A stretch of DNA of 63,896 nucleotides, counting the filler, from a bacterium (lineage in GTDB: Bacteria > JAJRZV01), in the NCBI GenBank assembly GCA_024275095.1. It is 4 parts of 4 records of this genome, joined end to end, with 100 filler letters (N's around TTAATTAATTAA, not from the genome) between each part and the next. Parts side by side here need not be neighbours in the genome. Positions count along the whole stretch, not along the records: positions 1 to 23,444 come from JAJRZV010000006.1; 3 more parts are not named here. One strand, 5' to 3'. Below, piece by piece: positions 1 to 10,611 of this stretch. The notes beneath the pieces are model-generated. The model saw nothing but the letters and a program-made list of their open reading frames with translations, ran no database searches and was not told where the DNA came from. The first letter of the stretch is position 1, and each line of letters begins with the position of its first letter. The translations under genes and the position numbers were made by a program.

Positions 1-431
1 TCAAAACGCCTGCCCCTGGAGTGCCAGAGTGTAAAGATGGGCTTAAACTCCATTGCCCCGGGTGAAAATTTCTTTTTTTCTTCGGAGTTGTAAGGATACA
101 TGCTTCCGAAATAAAACGGTGCTGCAACGGAAAGAGAAACAGTGGGCGTAACCCCCACAAACCCCCTGAGGTTCACGGTGCTGAGGGCAGAAAGTATGGG
201 ACTTTCTCCGTTTGCACCTGAATACATCACCGGCTTTTCAATGTATTCATACAGTAAGCTTACGGACCAGTCCCCGGTGGTGAAGCGCCAGGGCCACTCC
301 ACTATCTGAGAGCGGTAAATTGATTGGGGAGGTGAATAGCGAATTACGGAAAAATTGAAGAATAGGAGCGCACCTGTTCCGATTAAGAACGGCAATTTTA
401 ATTTTTTTATAATGGCCGGGAGATGATTCAA
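1..431 (-). CDS. Partial (runs off window start) exported protein, possibly an outer-membrane beta-barrel/OmpA-type N-terminal domain
   Basis: Not in the ORF track. Hand translation from TTG at 431 (TTGA overlap with the upstream stop) gives [29 protein letters not shown]...[18 protein letters not shown]...[23 protein letters not shown]..., open to the window edge, with a signal-like N-terminus and amphipathic beta-strand pattern. Confidence 0.55.
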   Translation of the reverse strand, partial: MNHLPAIIKKLKLPFLIGTGALLFFNFSVIRYSPPQSIYRSQIVEWPWRFTTGDWSVSLLYEYIEKPVMYSGANGESPILSALSTVNLRGFVGVTPTVSLSVAAPFYFGSMYPYNSEEKKKFSPGAMEFKPIFTLWHSRGRRF

Positions 432-3400
432 CGCTGCATGTGTTTTTTCAGCATTTTGAGAGGCACCAGGCATAGCAGATAAAGTACTACGAGGGGCATG
501 GTACCGTGATGCCCACCCTCGGAAAGCGCGCAGGATATGCCACCGCCCTTGAGGAGCTGCCCGTCGTCCCTGGGATTGTGAGGGTCGGAATTGTCCTGTA
601 ATACCTCAACACCGTCGCTGACCCCTCCGCCGTCCGTGTCCGCCTGAAAAGGATCAGTGAGGCTCACGTTTTTCTCGAATCCATCCTCGAGGCCGTCTCC
701 GTCGCTGTCCGTATCGCGGTAATTCCCCTTACCGTCCTTGTCCACGTCCTCGTATCCTTCTTCGGCGTCGGTGAGACCGTCGTTATCACTATCCGTGTCA
801 AGGGCATCTATGACCTTGTCTCCGTCGCTGTCAACCGGGTTACCGCCGTTGGTCTCCTGGTAGTCATTTATTACGTCGCCGTCCGAGTCTGCATTTCGTG
901 GATCAGTTCCAAGCTGAATTTCCACGTATGTGAGCAACCCGTCTTTGTCAAAGTCATCGTCGTCGGGATCGTTAGGATCGGTTTCTCCTGCGTCTATTTT
1001 TCCATTTGCGTTGAGGTCTTCCAGCCCGTCAGGGGCACCTCCACCGTCTGTATCAGGGTTGTTGACATCGGTTGTCGTGGAGGGATCGCTGTCAGGAACA
1101 AAATTTGGAGATGCGATGTTGGTGTCGGGATGCGCGGCAGCGAGGGTAATGCCTGCTTCGGTTCCGTCGAGAATTCCGTCGTTGTCGCTGTCCGGGTCAA
1201 GTGGATTGATGAGTCCATCACCGTCGCTGTCGATCAGCTCTTCCTCACCGTCCAGCAATCCGTCATCGTCGGTATCAGCATCGTATGGGTTTGTCCCGTA
1301 GATGTTCTCCAGGGCATTGGTGAGACCGTCCCAGTCACTGTCGTCATCGTTGGGATCATTGGGATCCGTTTCGCCCGCGTCCACGCGGCCGTTGATGTTT
1401 TTGTCCTCTTCACCGTCGCTGACCCCTCCGCCGTCCGTGTCCACGTTAAGGGGATCAGTTGTTGTGGAGGGGTCCTGGTCGGGCACGAAGCTGGGAGATG
1501 TCTGGTCCGTGTCCGGATGGGCGGTTGCGGCCGTGATACCCGCCTCCGTGCCATCCATGAGTCCGTCGTTATCGCTGTCGGGATCACACGCGTTGATCAG
1601 GCCATCGCCGTCGCTGTCTGCATTCCAGGCAGGTTCACTGCCGTCAATAACCCCGTCGTCATCCGAGTCTGCATCCGTTGCGGAAAGGCATGCGTATAGA
1701 TTTTCCTGGGCGTTGGTGAGACCGTCCCAGTCGCCATCGTCGTCGTTGGGATCATTGGGATCCGTTTCGCCCGCGTCAAGGCGACCATTCTGATTGCGGT
1801 CCTCTTCTCCGTCTATAACCCCACCACCATCCGTATCTGCAACAAGGTAATTCGTTGTGGTGGAGGGGTCTTCATCAGGTACAAAATTGGGGGATGTCTG
1901 GTCAGTGTCGGGATTTGCAACAGCGGCCGTGATACCCGCCTCCGTGCCGTCCATGAGTCCGTCGTTGTCGCTGTCCGGGTCGAGTGCGTTGATCAGGCCA
2001 TCTGCGTCTGCATCAGTAACACCATCTGCACCGTCCAGCAAGCCGTCGTCATCGGAGTCTGCATCATAGGGATTTGTTCCGTAAATGAGAAATTCTTCAC
2101 GTGATGGAATGCCATCCCAATCTGCATCGTCATCGTAAGGGTTATTGGGATCTGTCTCTCCAGTATCAACTTTGCCGTCCTGGTTTTTATCTTCTTCGCC
2201 ATCGAGGACTCCACCTGAATCGGTATCTGCATTGAGGGGATCAGTTGTTGTGGAGGGGTCCTGGTCGGGCACGAAGCTGGGAGATGTCTGGTCCGTGTCC
2301 GGATGGGCGGTTGCAGCCGTGATACCCGCCTCCGTGCCGTCCATGAGTCCGTCGTTATCGCTGTCGGGATCACACGCGTTGATGATTCCGTCGTAGTCCG
2401 AGTCCTCGTACCAGTATTGTTCACTTCCGTCAATGATTCCATCGTCATCCGAGTCTGCATCGGTTGGTGAGAGGCATCCTGTGGCTGTTTCGTCGTCGTC
2501 GGTTATACCGTCTCCATCGGTATCCAGATCTCCCACTTCGAACGAAACGATGTTTGTATAAAATCGGTTGATACCGAACCCTTCGATGTAGGCTGAGTTT
2601 ACAACCTGGGTGCCCGCACTTACGGAAAGAACGTAAACCTGAAACCGCATCCGATATGTCGCGTTCCCTGGGAAGTTACTGAAGAAAAACGTAACTGCAT
2701 TGGGATAGGAAGGATGGTCATATCCACCTGCATCACCGTCAAGGGGGTCATCCGTGACTGTTGTAAAGCCTGTACCGTAATCAATCTCCAGCGTGCCCGT
2801 TAAATAATCGGTGTAGTCGGGAATGTAGTCCACCACAAGTACATTCCGGGCTGGTGCATTGCTCGAGTTGGACAGGATAATGGTGTATGTCACCGGCATT
2901 CCGGGTTCTGTGGACGTGAATGACTGGTTCTTCGAGGCGCTCAGCAGCGGCCCCGTAACCGTTATGGAATATGGATTGCTCTGGACGGGAGGAATCTGGT
3001 CACTCTGGAAATTTCCGTAATTGACGATTGTTTCCCCTATGGTTGTTGCAAGTACTACTGCTTGAAAGTAGAAGGATGTGACATCACCCGGGTAGAGCGT
3101 AAAGGGTCCCCATCGAATTTCTCTGTTGAGAGAGTCATAGCTGAACCCTGGAGAGGCTACCCCGTTGAATTCCAGCTCTTCTGGCAGAAGGTCCCACACA
3201 TAGGATGTTGTGGCGGTCTGATTGGTGCTGTAGTTCGTGGCAGTTATTGTGAAGCTCACAACTTCTTCATAAGAAGCTTGTGATTTGTCGGCACTCTTGG
3301 TGAGTTGTACAAATTGCTTGGATACGACGATGGAATCTTCCGGATTGAGGAGATATTCACCGCGGTAATAGCCGGAGCCTTCCCCGTAGATGGTGTAAAC

Positions 3401-5308
3401 ATTGTCGGAGATTGCTCCGGGGAAGTTCACCTCCAGCACAAGGGTGATGGTTTCGTTATCATAGAGAATGTAGTTAAGGTCCCACAGGAGCGTGAGTTCT
3501 CCATCTACAACCTGGGTTGCAGGTTCCACGGCATCCGTCGACCCGTCAGGATAGGTAATCGTGGCTGAGAATGGTACGTACTCGATTTGATCCGAAAATC
3601 TGACGGACAGGTCCACACCGTCGACAGGGGAAAAGTCCCCCGAGCTGACTTGAAGCGTGAGTTGTACGCTTCCGCCCGTGGAAGGTACTGAGTAAGAGTC
3701 CGCACTTAATTCCACCGTGAGAACGGGCTCTAACCAGGCCTGTTCTAAAGGGAGCACGGTGTAGCCCAGGTCGAGGTAGGGAGTACCGCTTCCCGCCACG
3801 TCCGGATTTTCTCCGTAGGATGCGGCAAAAGGGCTCGTGGCAAGAATGTGCGTGCCTGTCAGGTCGAAGTCTCCTGATGGGTCACATACGGTCATCACGT
3901 CCAGTACATCGAGTATATAGGGTCCTGGATCAGCAACTCCGTCACAGTCAATATCAGCTGAATCCCATACTCCGTCACCGTCAAAGTCGAACCAGAACTC
4001 CGTTTCGTTTCGTGTGGGCGTGAGAAACACGTGATTGCCAAACGCGCTGCACGAGGGAACTCCATCGCATGCCGGGGCCCAGGAAATAAATGCTTCATCC
4101 TGCAGGAACACAGTGGGGACAAGAGAAAAGCCCCAGTCATATACAATGGACGCGTGATCCACCGCAGCCATGACCCAGAACGGGAGGTCTCCACTGAGCC
4201 GGGCGGATGATGTAACGGGAAGAAGGTGTCCTGTAACAGCGGAATATGCGGTTACGGACCGGGGAAGCACACTGAAAGTTGCTCCCGTGGTGATGCTGGA
4301 ATCATACGCCGTTACATTGAGTGTTGAGTCGTTTGGATTGTAGATGTATAGCTGTACGTCCCCGTTTACAAATCCCATCACGGGGGTTACATAATCCCGG
4401 CCGTATACCACGTTGGGAATCACGTTGAAAAACCTGGTCTGGAACCCACTCCATCCGACTGAACAACTGGGTCCCCCGGTAATCCATCCCACCTGTACAG
4501 GGCGGGATGACTGAATAATGAAGTTAGACGTGACTGTAATGGGGCTGGATGGACCAGTGGCGTAGTACGTGTCGTTCACGTAACCATTGGTGGAGTATGT
4601 GTCCCCTGCATTCAAAGTCACGGAGCGCGTTTCCGTGCCGTTATCCACAACAATTACTGTATTATCTTCAAACGCCTGTACCTCGACCCACACGTAGAGA
4701 AACGATGCGAACAGGCCCGTGGCACCATCATACATGTCCTCTCCGATTGGAATGGTGAAGTAGTTTCCCGTAGAAAACGCCGACTTGGAATAAATTTCCC
4801 ACGCCCCTCCAATGTACGATTGGTCAGCAGGCCACACGTTGTGGACAACATTGACAGGTCCGCCGGTGCTGATGATCCTGTCACCTCCGTCGTACCTTAT
4901 CGTTGTCCCGCGGGGGTAAGTAGGTACGTAGTCGTTGATACCTGTGCCTGAACCGTCGGATGGTAAGAGCAGGTATTCTCCTTTGTTCATAATGTACGTT
5001 TCGGTGCTGCTTTGTTGGGGGTTAAAAGGATCCAGTTCGTAGCCATCTTCCCAGTGGTCGTAAATGATTTTTTGACCATCCTGCGTGGAGGTGATGGTAA
5101 CCACTGACTTGAAATATGTGGTAATGGTATCCGCACAACTTTCTGCTTCGTTGATGTACTCGAACATGTCCCTGATCTGGCTTTCCCGGCCCAGCACGTA
5201 GTATTCTTGGATTCCGGCGACACCAGCAGCCCATGATGCAGAAGAAATAAGAGAAACGAACATAACAATTGTAGATAATTTTGCGGGGTGCCCCCCTCGT
5301 CCCTTCAC
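428..5308 (-). CDS. Large (1626 aa) cell-surface protein: signal peptide, beta-rich N-terminal region (IgGFc-binding-like), DUF11-like domains, thrombospondin type-3-like Ca-binding repeats, C-terminal GG-C/TM/basic sorting tail
   Basis: Hydrophobic signal ending ASWA; DUF11-like [24 protein letters not shown] and ASKNQS...VTYTIILSN; many DSDxDG/DTDGGG motifs; C-terminus GGGISC...[23 protein letters not shown] start with AGGAG SD. Confidence 0.85.
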   Translation of the reverse strand: MKGRGGHPAKLSTIVMFVSLISSASWAAGVAGIQEYYVLGRESQIRDMFEYINEAESCADTITTYFKSVVTITSTQDGQKIIYDHWEDGYELDPFNPQQSSTETYIMNKGEYLLLPSDGSGTGINDYVPTYPRGTTIRYDGGDRIISTGGPVNVVHNVWPADQSYIGGAWEIYSKSAFSTGNYFTIPIGEDMYDGATGLFASFLYVWVEVQAFEDNTVIVVDNGTETRSVTLNAGDTYSTNGYVNDTYYATGPSSPITVTSNFIIQSSRPVQVGWITGGPSCSVGWSGFQTRFFNVIPNVVYGRDYVTPVMGFVNGDVQLYIYNPNDSTLNVTAYDSSITTGATFSVLPRSVTAYSAVTGHLLPVTSSARLSGDLPFWVMAAVDHASIVYDWGFSLVPTVFLQDEAFISWAPACDGVPSCSAFGNHVFLTPTRNETEFWFDFDGDGVWDSADIDCDGVADPGPYILDVLDVMTVCDPSGDFDLTGTHILATSPFAASYGENPDVAGSGTPYLDLGYTVLPLEQAWLEPVLTVELSADSYSVPSTGGSVQLTLQVSSGDFSPVDGVDLSVRFSDQIEYVPFSATITYPDGSTDAVEPATQVVDGELTLLWDLNYILYDNETITLVLEVNFPGAISDNVYTIYGEGSGYYRGEYLLNPEDSIVVSKQFVQLTKSADKSQASYEEVVSFTITATNYSTNQTATTSYVWDLLPEELEFNGVASPGFSYDSLNREIRWGPFTLYPGDVTSFYFQAVVLATTIGETIVNYGNFQSDQIPPVQSNPYSITVTGPLLSASKNQSFTSTEPGMPVTYTIILSNSSNAPARNVLVVDYIPDYTDYLTGTLEIDYGTGFTTVTDDPLDGDAGGYDHPSYPNAVTFFFSNFPGNATYRMRFQVYVLSVSAGTQVVNSAYIEGFGINRFYTNIVSFEVGDLDTDGDGITDDDETATGCLSPTDADSDDDGIIDGSEQYWYEDSDYDGIINACDPDSDNDGLMDGTEAGITAATAHPDTDQTSPSFVPDQDPSTTTDPLNADTDSGGVLDGEEDKNQDGKVDTGETDPNNPYDDDADWDGIPSREEFLIYGTNPYDADSDDDGLLDGADGVTDADADGLINALDPDSDNDGLMDGTEAGITAAVANPDTDQTSPNFVPDEDPSTTTNYLVADTDGGGVIDGEEDRNQNGRLDAGETDPNDPNDDDGDWDGLTNAQENLYACLSATDADSDDDGVIDGSEPAWNADSDGDGLINACDPDSDNDGLMDGTEAGITAATAHPDTDQTSPSFVPDQDPSTTTDPLNVDTDGGGVSDGEEDKNINGRVDAGETDPNDPNDDDSDWDGLTNALENIYGTNPYDADTDDDGLLDGEEELIDSDGDGLINPLDPDSDNDGILDGTEAGITLAAAHPDTNIASPNFVPDSDPSTTTDVNNPDTDGGGAPDGLEDLNANGKIDAGETDPNDPDDDDFDKDGLLTYVEIQLGTDPRNADSDGDVINDYQETNGGNPVDSDGDKVIDALDTDSDNDGLTDAEEGYEDVDKDGKGNYRDTDSDGDGLEDGFEKNVSLTDPFQADTDGGGVSDGVEVLQDNSDPHNPRDDGQLLKGGGISCALSEGGHHGTMPLVVLYLLCLVPLKMLKKHMQR
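930..2530 (-). repeat. Four in-frame ~130-codon tandem repeats inside the surface protein gene
   Basis: Anchor CCGTCGTT at 1176, 1563, 1959, 2349 (spacings 387/396/390 nt); 1449-1597 and 2235-2383 differ at only 2 of 149 positions. Outer boundaries approximate. Confidence 0.9.
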
Positions 5309-5411
5309 GTCACTCTCCTTATATATATTTTATCATGTTGAAGAGGTGAATGACATGAGGTCCTGTTTTTATTAATGGATTGGAATATAAGCAATTTGAT
5401 ATTCTAACTAT

Positions 5412-7079
5412 ATGGCTTGCTATATATTTCGCCTTTTCAGTTCAGGATGGATTTTTGGTTTTTTCGTGGCAGCGTTTTTTTGTGGATGCTCTCACCCAGA
5501 GAAGGGCGGCCGGATTTTTTCTTCAGCTCTGAGCGAGTTTGACGCGCTTTACCTCAGCAGGCCTCCCCCACCACTTGGTGAGGTTTACATTGTGGATATA
5601 AGTGGAGAGTCTTATGGAAGAAGTGTTCTTGCAACGACCCTCCAGGGTGTTGTGAACCGTCATATGGCCCGTGTTTACCTTCTTACAGGTAAGACCTCCA
5701 CGGGTAACAGGGATTGGGAAAAGGAAGGAGAAAGAGCGGCTGAAGAATTCTGGGTTCAGTATTACTCGGATAATTACGGGCTGAAGGTGGTGTGGGAGGG
5801 TGGCCTGGAAGAAGCACTTGAAGTGTTTGCAGGAGAGATAGAAGGTTATGTGCTGGTGAGCCGTGATGAACCCTGGACGGTGAATGCAGGTACCACAATA
5901 GCAGCCCTGGAAAATGTGGTTGTGGCGTTTCCAGAAGATCAGGAATTTCTGGAAGGTCTTGGAATACCCATGTATCAATCGCTGGTGGGCAGGTGGCAAA
6001 GCGCGTCTGAATGTTATCTGGACCTGTGGAAAATGTATTATGCACGGATGCCCCATAGGGGACTCGGTATCCTCAATCCTGACGAGTACCGACTGCGTGA
6101 TTTCCTGATTCAGCAGGGATTCCTCACGGTTTACGGACGACCAACTACCGATGAGTGGTTGACGCTTGTGCATATCCTCAGGCGCACGGCCGTTAACGTC
6201 CCCGTGTTTGGGTATTTGTCAATGACAGGTGAAGAAGAGGTGCTGGCCGTGATGACGCTTTCTCAATACGGCAAGTATTTGATTCCTTCAGATACCACCC
6301 CCAATCTTTCCTTTCACGTGGCAGTAACTTCGAGCTCCCGGGAAGGTTTTCTCACTTCTATTGCAGAACGGAGACCAAAAATATTTCCCGAGTGTGAAAC
6401 GTCTGCCCCTGTTGTGACAGTAGCCATCAGTGACGGCGATAATCTTGTAATTCCCTTAAACAGGTACATCCGGGAGAGCCAGTGGCGCTCGCCGGAAAGG
6501 GGCAGGCTTCCAGTAGGATGGAGTTTTTCCCTTGCCGTGTTTGCTGTCGCTCCTGCAGTTGCTGAATATTTTGTGAACACTGCCACCGAGGCTGATGAAC
6601 TGGTGGCCATGCTTGGTGTGGGTTATGCGTTCTCCTATTTTTATCCTGACAGGGCGTTTTTCCTGTCGCACACTTTTAGAAAGATGTCAGAGCAAAACAT
6701 ATCCACTTTCTGGGTGCTGGACCCACCTCTCTACTTGCCTTCGTGCCCGGCATGGACCGATTTTACGCGTTACGCAGTCCAGGGCTATCCGTCTGGAATG
6801 CTGGTGGGTTACTTGGATACAGGAACCGTTTCTTATTTTAAGGTTGATGGAATGCCCGTTCTTGTTGCGGGTAACTCGTATTATGATACTCCCCCGATGC
6901 TTGCACAGCGTGTTCAGGATTTTGTTAACACTTCGGCGGAAAGGAGACCGCCGGTGCTGTTCTTAGGTGCACCAGTGTGGAAAAACACGTACGCAGAGAT
7001 GCTCACGGCTTTTGCACCTCTTATGGACCAGGGTGTGCACTTTCTGCGCCCTGCTGACGCACTGGCCTGTATAAAGTAG
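5412..7079 (+). CDS. GxGYxYP-family putative glycoside hydrolase, probable lipoprotein
   Basis: TLQGVVNR, ISDGDNL, LPVGWS and GVGYAFSYFYP motifs; hydrophobic N-terminus followed by Cys (FFCGC). Confidence 0.7.
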   Translation: MACYIFRLFSSGWIFGFFVAAFFCGCSHPEKGGRIFSSALSEFDALYLSRPPPPLGEVYIVDISGESYGRSVLATTLQGVVNRHMARVYLLTGKTSTGNRDWEKEGERAAEEFWVQYYSDNYGLKVVWEGGLEEALEVFAGEIEGYVLVSRDEPWTVNAGTTIAALENVVVAFPEDQEFLEGLGIPMYQSLVGRWQSASECYLDLWKMYYARMPHRGLGILNPDEYRLRDFLIQQGFLTVYGRPTTDEWLTLVHILRRTAVNVPVFGYLSMTGEEEVLAVMTLSQYGKYLIPSDTTPNLSFHVAVTSSSREGFLTSIAERRPKIFPECETSAPVVTVAISDGDNLVIPLNRYIRESQWRSPERGRLPVGWSFSLAVFAVAPAVAEYFVNTATEADELVAMLGVGYAFSYFYPDRAFFLSHTFRKMSEQNISTFWVLDPPLYLPSCPAWTDFTRYAVQGYPSGMLVGYLDTGTVSYFKVDGMPVLVAGNSYYDTPPMLAQRVQDFVNTSAERRPPVLFLGAPVWKNTYAEMLTAFAPLMDQGVHFLRPADALACIK

Positions 7080-7171
7080 TTTTAAAGTAGTTTTTTAGAT
7101 TTTAGATTCTTCTCTCGCACCAGGTGAGGTATTCAGCTAAAATATTTTTTCAATCCAACAGGAGGTGAAAG

Positions 7172-7573
7172 ATGAAAGTAAAAAAAGTGAAGGTCCTCAT
7201 AGTTGACACCCCAAATGCGGTGGGCAAGCTCGCAGAGGTTGCTGGTGCACTGGCGGATGCAGGCGTAAATATTCAGGGCATTAGTGCGTATGAAAAAGGA
7301 AGGCGGGGCGTGTTCGTTATCTGGCCTTACAGTCCGGCAAAAGCAAAGAAGGCGCTTGCAAAGGTGAAGTGTAAAGTCGAGGAGGATTCGGCGCTTTTGC
7401 TGGAAGTTGCCAACAGGGTGGGTGTGCTCAAGGCTGTGGCTGAACGTGTGGCCGCTTCGGGAATAAATGTTCAGTACGTGTTTGCCGTGGCACTGCAGAA
7501 GGGCGAGGCCGGTGTGATTATTAAGACTTCCGAAGATGCCAGAGCTGCGAAACTTATCAGGTGTGTAAAATAG
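7172..7573 (+). CDS. Tandem ACT-domain protein
   Basis: Two ACT-like units (NAVGKLAEVAGALADAGVNI; NRVGVLKAVAERVAASGINVQY); GGAGGTG SD. Confidence 0.85.
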   Translation: MKVKKVKVLIVDTPNAVGKLAEVAGALADAGVNIQGISAYEKGRRGVFVIWPYSPAKAKKALAKVKCKVEEDSALLLEVANRVGVLKAVAERVAASGINVQYVFAVALQKGEAGVIIKTSEDARAAKLIRCVK

Positions 7574-7657
7574 GTTTGATTACCCGGGGAGCAGTGCATT
7601 TCAAATTTCTGGTTTCGTTGCAAAAGTATCAGGTAAGCTGAAGGTGCGAGGTGAGCC

Positions 7658-8965
7658 ATGGCTGAAAAATACGATGTAATTATCGTGGGAGCAGGAGTGG
7701 CAGGTCTTCAACTGGGAGCCCTTCTCGCTCACGATGGAATGAGAACCCTTATCCTTGAAAAATCCAGTCGTGTTGGAGGAAGGGCATTTGTTCTGGAAAA
7801 GGACGGATATGTACTTGATTACGGTATCCACCTTGTCCGTTTCGGTCCTAAATCAGCCATTGCCAGGGTGATAAAGCACATTGGGCGACACGTGGATTTT
7901 GTGGATGTGGGTACTTCTTATCTGCTGGATGAAGATGGTCGCAGAAAGGTGTTCCCCACAAAGCCGATCACATTTCTCAAAACGCGCATGTTTTCATTTT
8001 CGGATATGATCACCGCACTGAAAACCATGGCAAGACTTCGACGTGGTCAGTTTGACCATTTACTTGAGACGCCTGTGAAGGAATGGATGGACGAAAATGG
8101 TTTCAAAGGAGGGTTAAGACGGTATTTTCACCTGGTCTCTGCATCCATGCTCGTTTGTCCCTTTATTGATAAAGCATCAACCGGCGAACTTCTCAGAAAT
8201 GTGCAGAAGGTTTTGAGAAGGCGCATCTCCGTGATGTATCCGAGAGGTGGATGGAAACCCCTTTTCAACGCCTGGATCGAAACTGTAAATTCCAACGGCC
8301 GCATCCTTACAGACTCTCCAGTAAAAGAAGTACGCATCAAAAATGGACGTGCCACAGGCGTGGTGATAGAAGATGGTCGGGAATTCGAAGCAGAAAAAGT
8401 TGTGGTTGCTGTTCCGGTTCAACACATGTTTTCTTTCCTCGATGAAAAGGAATTTCCCCCGGAATTTGTCAGTATGTGCAAGAATTTACGGCCTACTGCG
8501 GGTGTATTCATAGATTACTGTATCAAAGGGAAAATTTCTGACTCGACCGGGCTGTGGTACATATGGGATCCCATGTGTTTTGGCCTGTTCACATCGAACC
8601 TGGAGCCTGCACTTGCTCCTCCAGAGGGTCAGATTCTTACGTTTTTCTATCCGCGTCCCGTGGAGGAGATGGAAGACCCGGAAAAAGCCAAACAGCGCAT
8701 TGATGAACTTGAAAAGGCAGTTTTTAATCTGTTCCCCGAGCTTCAGGACAGGATTGCATGGCGTCGAGCAGCCCACCTGACAATGGTTGATGGAGTGGAG
8801 ATTAACATACACCAGCACCGTTTCAAGCGTCCCGGTTTCCGTGCCCCGAACATCCCCAACCTCTTCCTGGTAGGCGACTCCACCGCCGGGGATGGGGCAG
8901 GCGGCGATGTAGGGCATGAATCGGTGTTGGAGTGTTATTCGGAGATGATGGGTAGGGAGGTGTAG
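7658..8965 (+). CDS. FAD-dependent oxidoreductase, phytoene desaturase-like family
   Basis: DVIIVGAGVAGL Rossmann motif, LEKSSRVGGRA, YPRGG, NLFLVGD. Confidence 0.85.
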   Translation: MAEKYDVIIVGAGVAGLQLGALLAHDGMRTLILEKSSRVGGRAFVLEKDGYVLDYGIHLVRFGPKSAIARVIKHIGRHVDFVDVGTSYLLDEDGRRKVFPTKPITFLKTRMFSFSDMITALKTMARLRRGQFDHLLETPVKEWMDENGFKGGLRRYFHLVSASMLVCPFIDKASTGELLRNVQKVLRRRISVMYPRGGWKPLFNAWIETVNSNGRILTDSPVKEVRIKNGRATGVVIEDGREFEAEKVVVAVPVQHMFSFLDEKEFPPEFVSMCKNLRPTAGVFIDYCIKGKISDSTGLWYIWDPMCFGLFTSNLEPALAPPEGQILTFFYPRPVEEMEDPEKAKQRIDELEKAVFNLFPELQDRIAWRRAAHLTMVDGVEINIHQHRFKRPGFRAPNIPNLFLVGDSTAGDGAGGDVGHESVLECYSEMMGREV

Positions 8966-9151
8966 AGGGAGATGTGTACGGAGCCGCCTGCTGTATGAGC
9001 AGGGGGTACTGCGTAGCGCAGCGGAGCAGTAGATATGAAGGAGGCGCGCTATGATTTTTGATTTGTTAGAAGGGTATGAGTATTTGGGTTATGCGTGAGG
9101 AGTGGAGTGGTGTATGGGGGTAGCGCGCCGGGCGGCGATGTGGGGCATGAA
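8900..9151 (+). repeat. 21-bp direct repeat (1 mismatch) at 8900-8920 and 9131-9151
   Basis: GGCGGCGATGTAGGGCATGAA versus GGCGGCGATGTGGGGCATGAA. Confidence 0.8.
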
Positions 9152-9184
9152 GAATAAAAGAAACCGTCCAGGGAGCATTATTTA

Positions 9185-10273
9185 ATGTTGTGGAATTCGA
9201 ATGCAGATAGAAAAATCAAAATTGTTCTCAGTGATCTTCACATGTGTGGTGGCAGAATTCTTCCTGACGGAAATATTAATTATGCAGAAGATTTTCTGTA
9301 CGATCGCGAACTTGTGGATTTTCTTCATTACATTCAGGAAGAGTACAATGGCTTTGATATAGAAATTATCATTAACGGTGATTTCGTAGACTTCCTCAAA
9401 ACGGTAGGCGGTCTTCAGTACATCAGTGACATTCCCAAAGAAGCAGTGTATTCGGCACTGGAGCGAATAATTAATGGTCACAGTGAAGTATTTAAGGCGC
9501 TCAGAGATTTTATGAACTCAGGCCAGCATCATCTCACCATCATCGTGGGAAATCACGACCAGCCGCTTCTTTGTCCGGATGTGCAGGCTCGATTGAAGGA
9601 AGTTATTAGCGAACGAGTACGTTTTGTTCCTCTTTATTATCAATTTGAAGGTGTATTCGTTGCTCACGGGCACCAGTACGAACTTATACATCGCTTTAAT
9701 GTGCACAAGTTATGGGTAAGGGATACGAATGGAAGAGAAGTCCTGAACATGCCGTGGGGCAGTTATTTTGTGGTTGAATTCCTCAATCCTTTGAAAAAAG
9801 AGAAACCCGTGATAGATCGGGTTAAACCGTTTAAAAATTTCCTTAAGTGGGGTCTCTACTTTGAAACATTTTACACGTTAAAAACTCTTGTCAGGCTGGT
9901 GTGGTTTTACATAAGAAACCGTTTTTTCACATCTGATCCTATGCGCCGACGCAAATTTGCTGCAGGATTTTCTGATCTCATGGATGCGATCCTGCACCGA
10001 ACCCTCGAGGCCAACGCAAAACGCATACTCAAACGAGAGGACATTCACACTGTGGTTTTCGGTCACAGCCATATACCCCTTTTTCGTATTTTTCACGGCA
10101 AGCAGTATTTCAATACAGGCACATGGACGGAAAATATCAGCCTTGATATGACAGATTTTGGACGATCCAACCCCATGTCATTTTTACTTTTCCGGTACGT
10201 GGATGGACGCCCCGTGGGTTCTCTTCTCAGGTGGCGCGGTGAGTACCGTCCAGTAGAAGAGATGCTTCCCTAA
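9185..10273 (+). CDS. Calcineurin-like metallophosphoesterase
   Basis: All five motifs present: SDLH, NGDFVD, GNHD, HGH, GHSH. Confidence 0.9.
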   Translation: MLWNSNADRKIKIVLSDLHMCGGRILPDGNINYAEDFLYDRELVDFLHYIQEEYNGFDIEIIINGDFVDFLKTVGGLQYISDIPKEAVYSALERIINGHSEVFKALRDFMNSGQHHLTIIVGNHDQPLLCPDVQARLKEVISERVRFVPLYYQFEGVFVAHGHQYELIHRFNVHKLWVRDTNGREVLNMPWGSYFVVEFLNPLKKEKPVIDRVKPFKNFLKWGLYFETFYTLKTLVRLVWFYIRNRFFTSDPMRRRKFAAGFSDLMDAILHRTLEANAKRILKREDIHTVVFGHSHIPLFRIFHGKQYFNTGTWTENISLDMTDFGRSNPMSFLLFRYVDGRPVGSLLRWRGEYRPVEEMLP

Positions 10274-10532
10274 AGTAAATATTTTTTGGAAAATTTTCGG
10301 TCTCCAGGCCCGAGTTTAAAGTGGGAAAAAATTACCCTTTTGCCTCCCACATTTCTCCCACCAGGTTGGTGTTTGATATACTGGTTAAAAGGAAGTAAAG
10401 GCAGATTGTTAAAACATGAAGAATCTTCAGTAATATTTGTGAAAATACTGTATTTTCGCTGCTATATGTACAGTGCTACATTTTTAACCGAAATCTCCTC
10501 AAAAATACTGCTTTTTTAATATCAAAAAATAC

Positions 10533-10560
10533 TTGACAGGCTGTCCACACAGGGTAAAAT
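10533..10560 (+). promoter_or_regulatory. sigma70-type promoter of the dcw cluster
   Basis: TTGACA (10533-10538), 16-nt spacer, TAAAAT (10555-10560), upstream of mraZ. Confidence 0.7.
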
Positions 10561-10567
10561 GTCACCG

Positions 10568-10602
10568 AGTGGGGTAAAGTGGGTCAAAGTGGGACAAAGG
10601 GG
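10568..10602 (+). promoter_or_regulatory. MraZ-binding direct repeats
   Basis: AGTGGG at 10568, 10578, 10588 with exact 10-bp period, plus a degenerate AGGGG at 10598, between promoter and mraZ start. Confidence 0.85.
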
Positions 10603-10611
10603 TTTTGATTA

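Noticed and set aside
930-2530. Repeated DNA as a possible CRISPR array or DGR template/variable repeat pair
   Set aside because: Repeats are in-frame coding units of ~390 nt with no spacers; the two mismatches in the 149-bp block are synonymous, and no reverse transcriptase or cas gene is present.
10286-10519. 77-aa ORF upstream of mraZ
   Set aside because: TTG start without SD in the AT-rich dcw regulatory region, no motifs.
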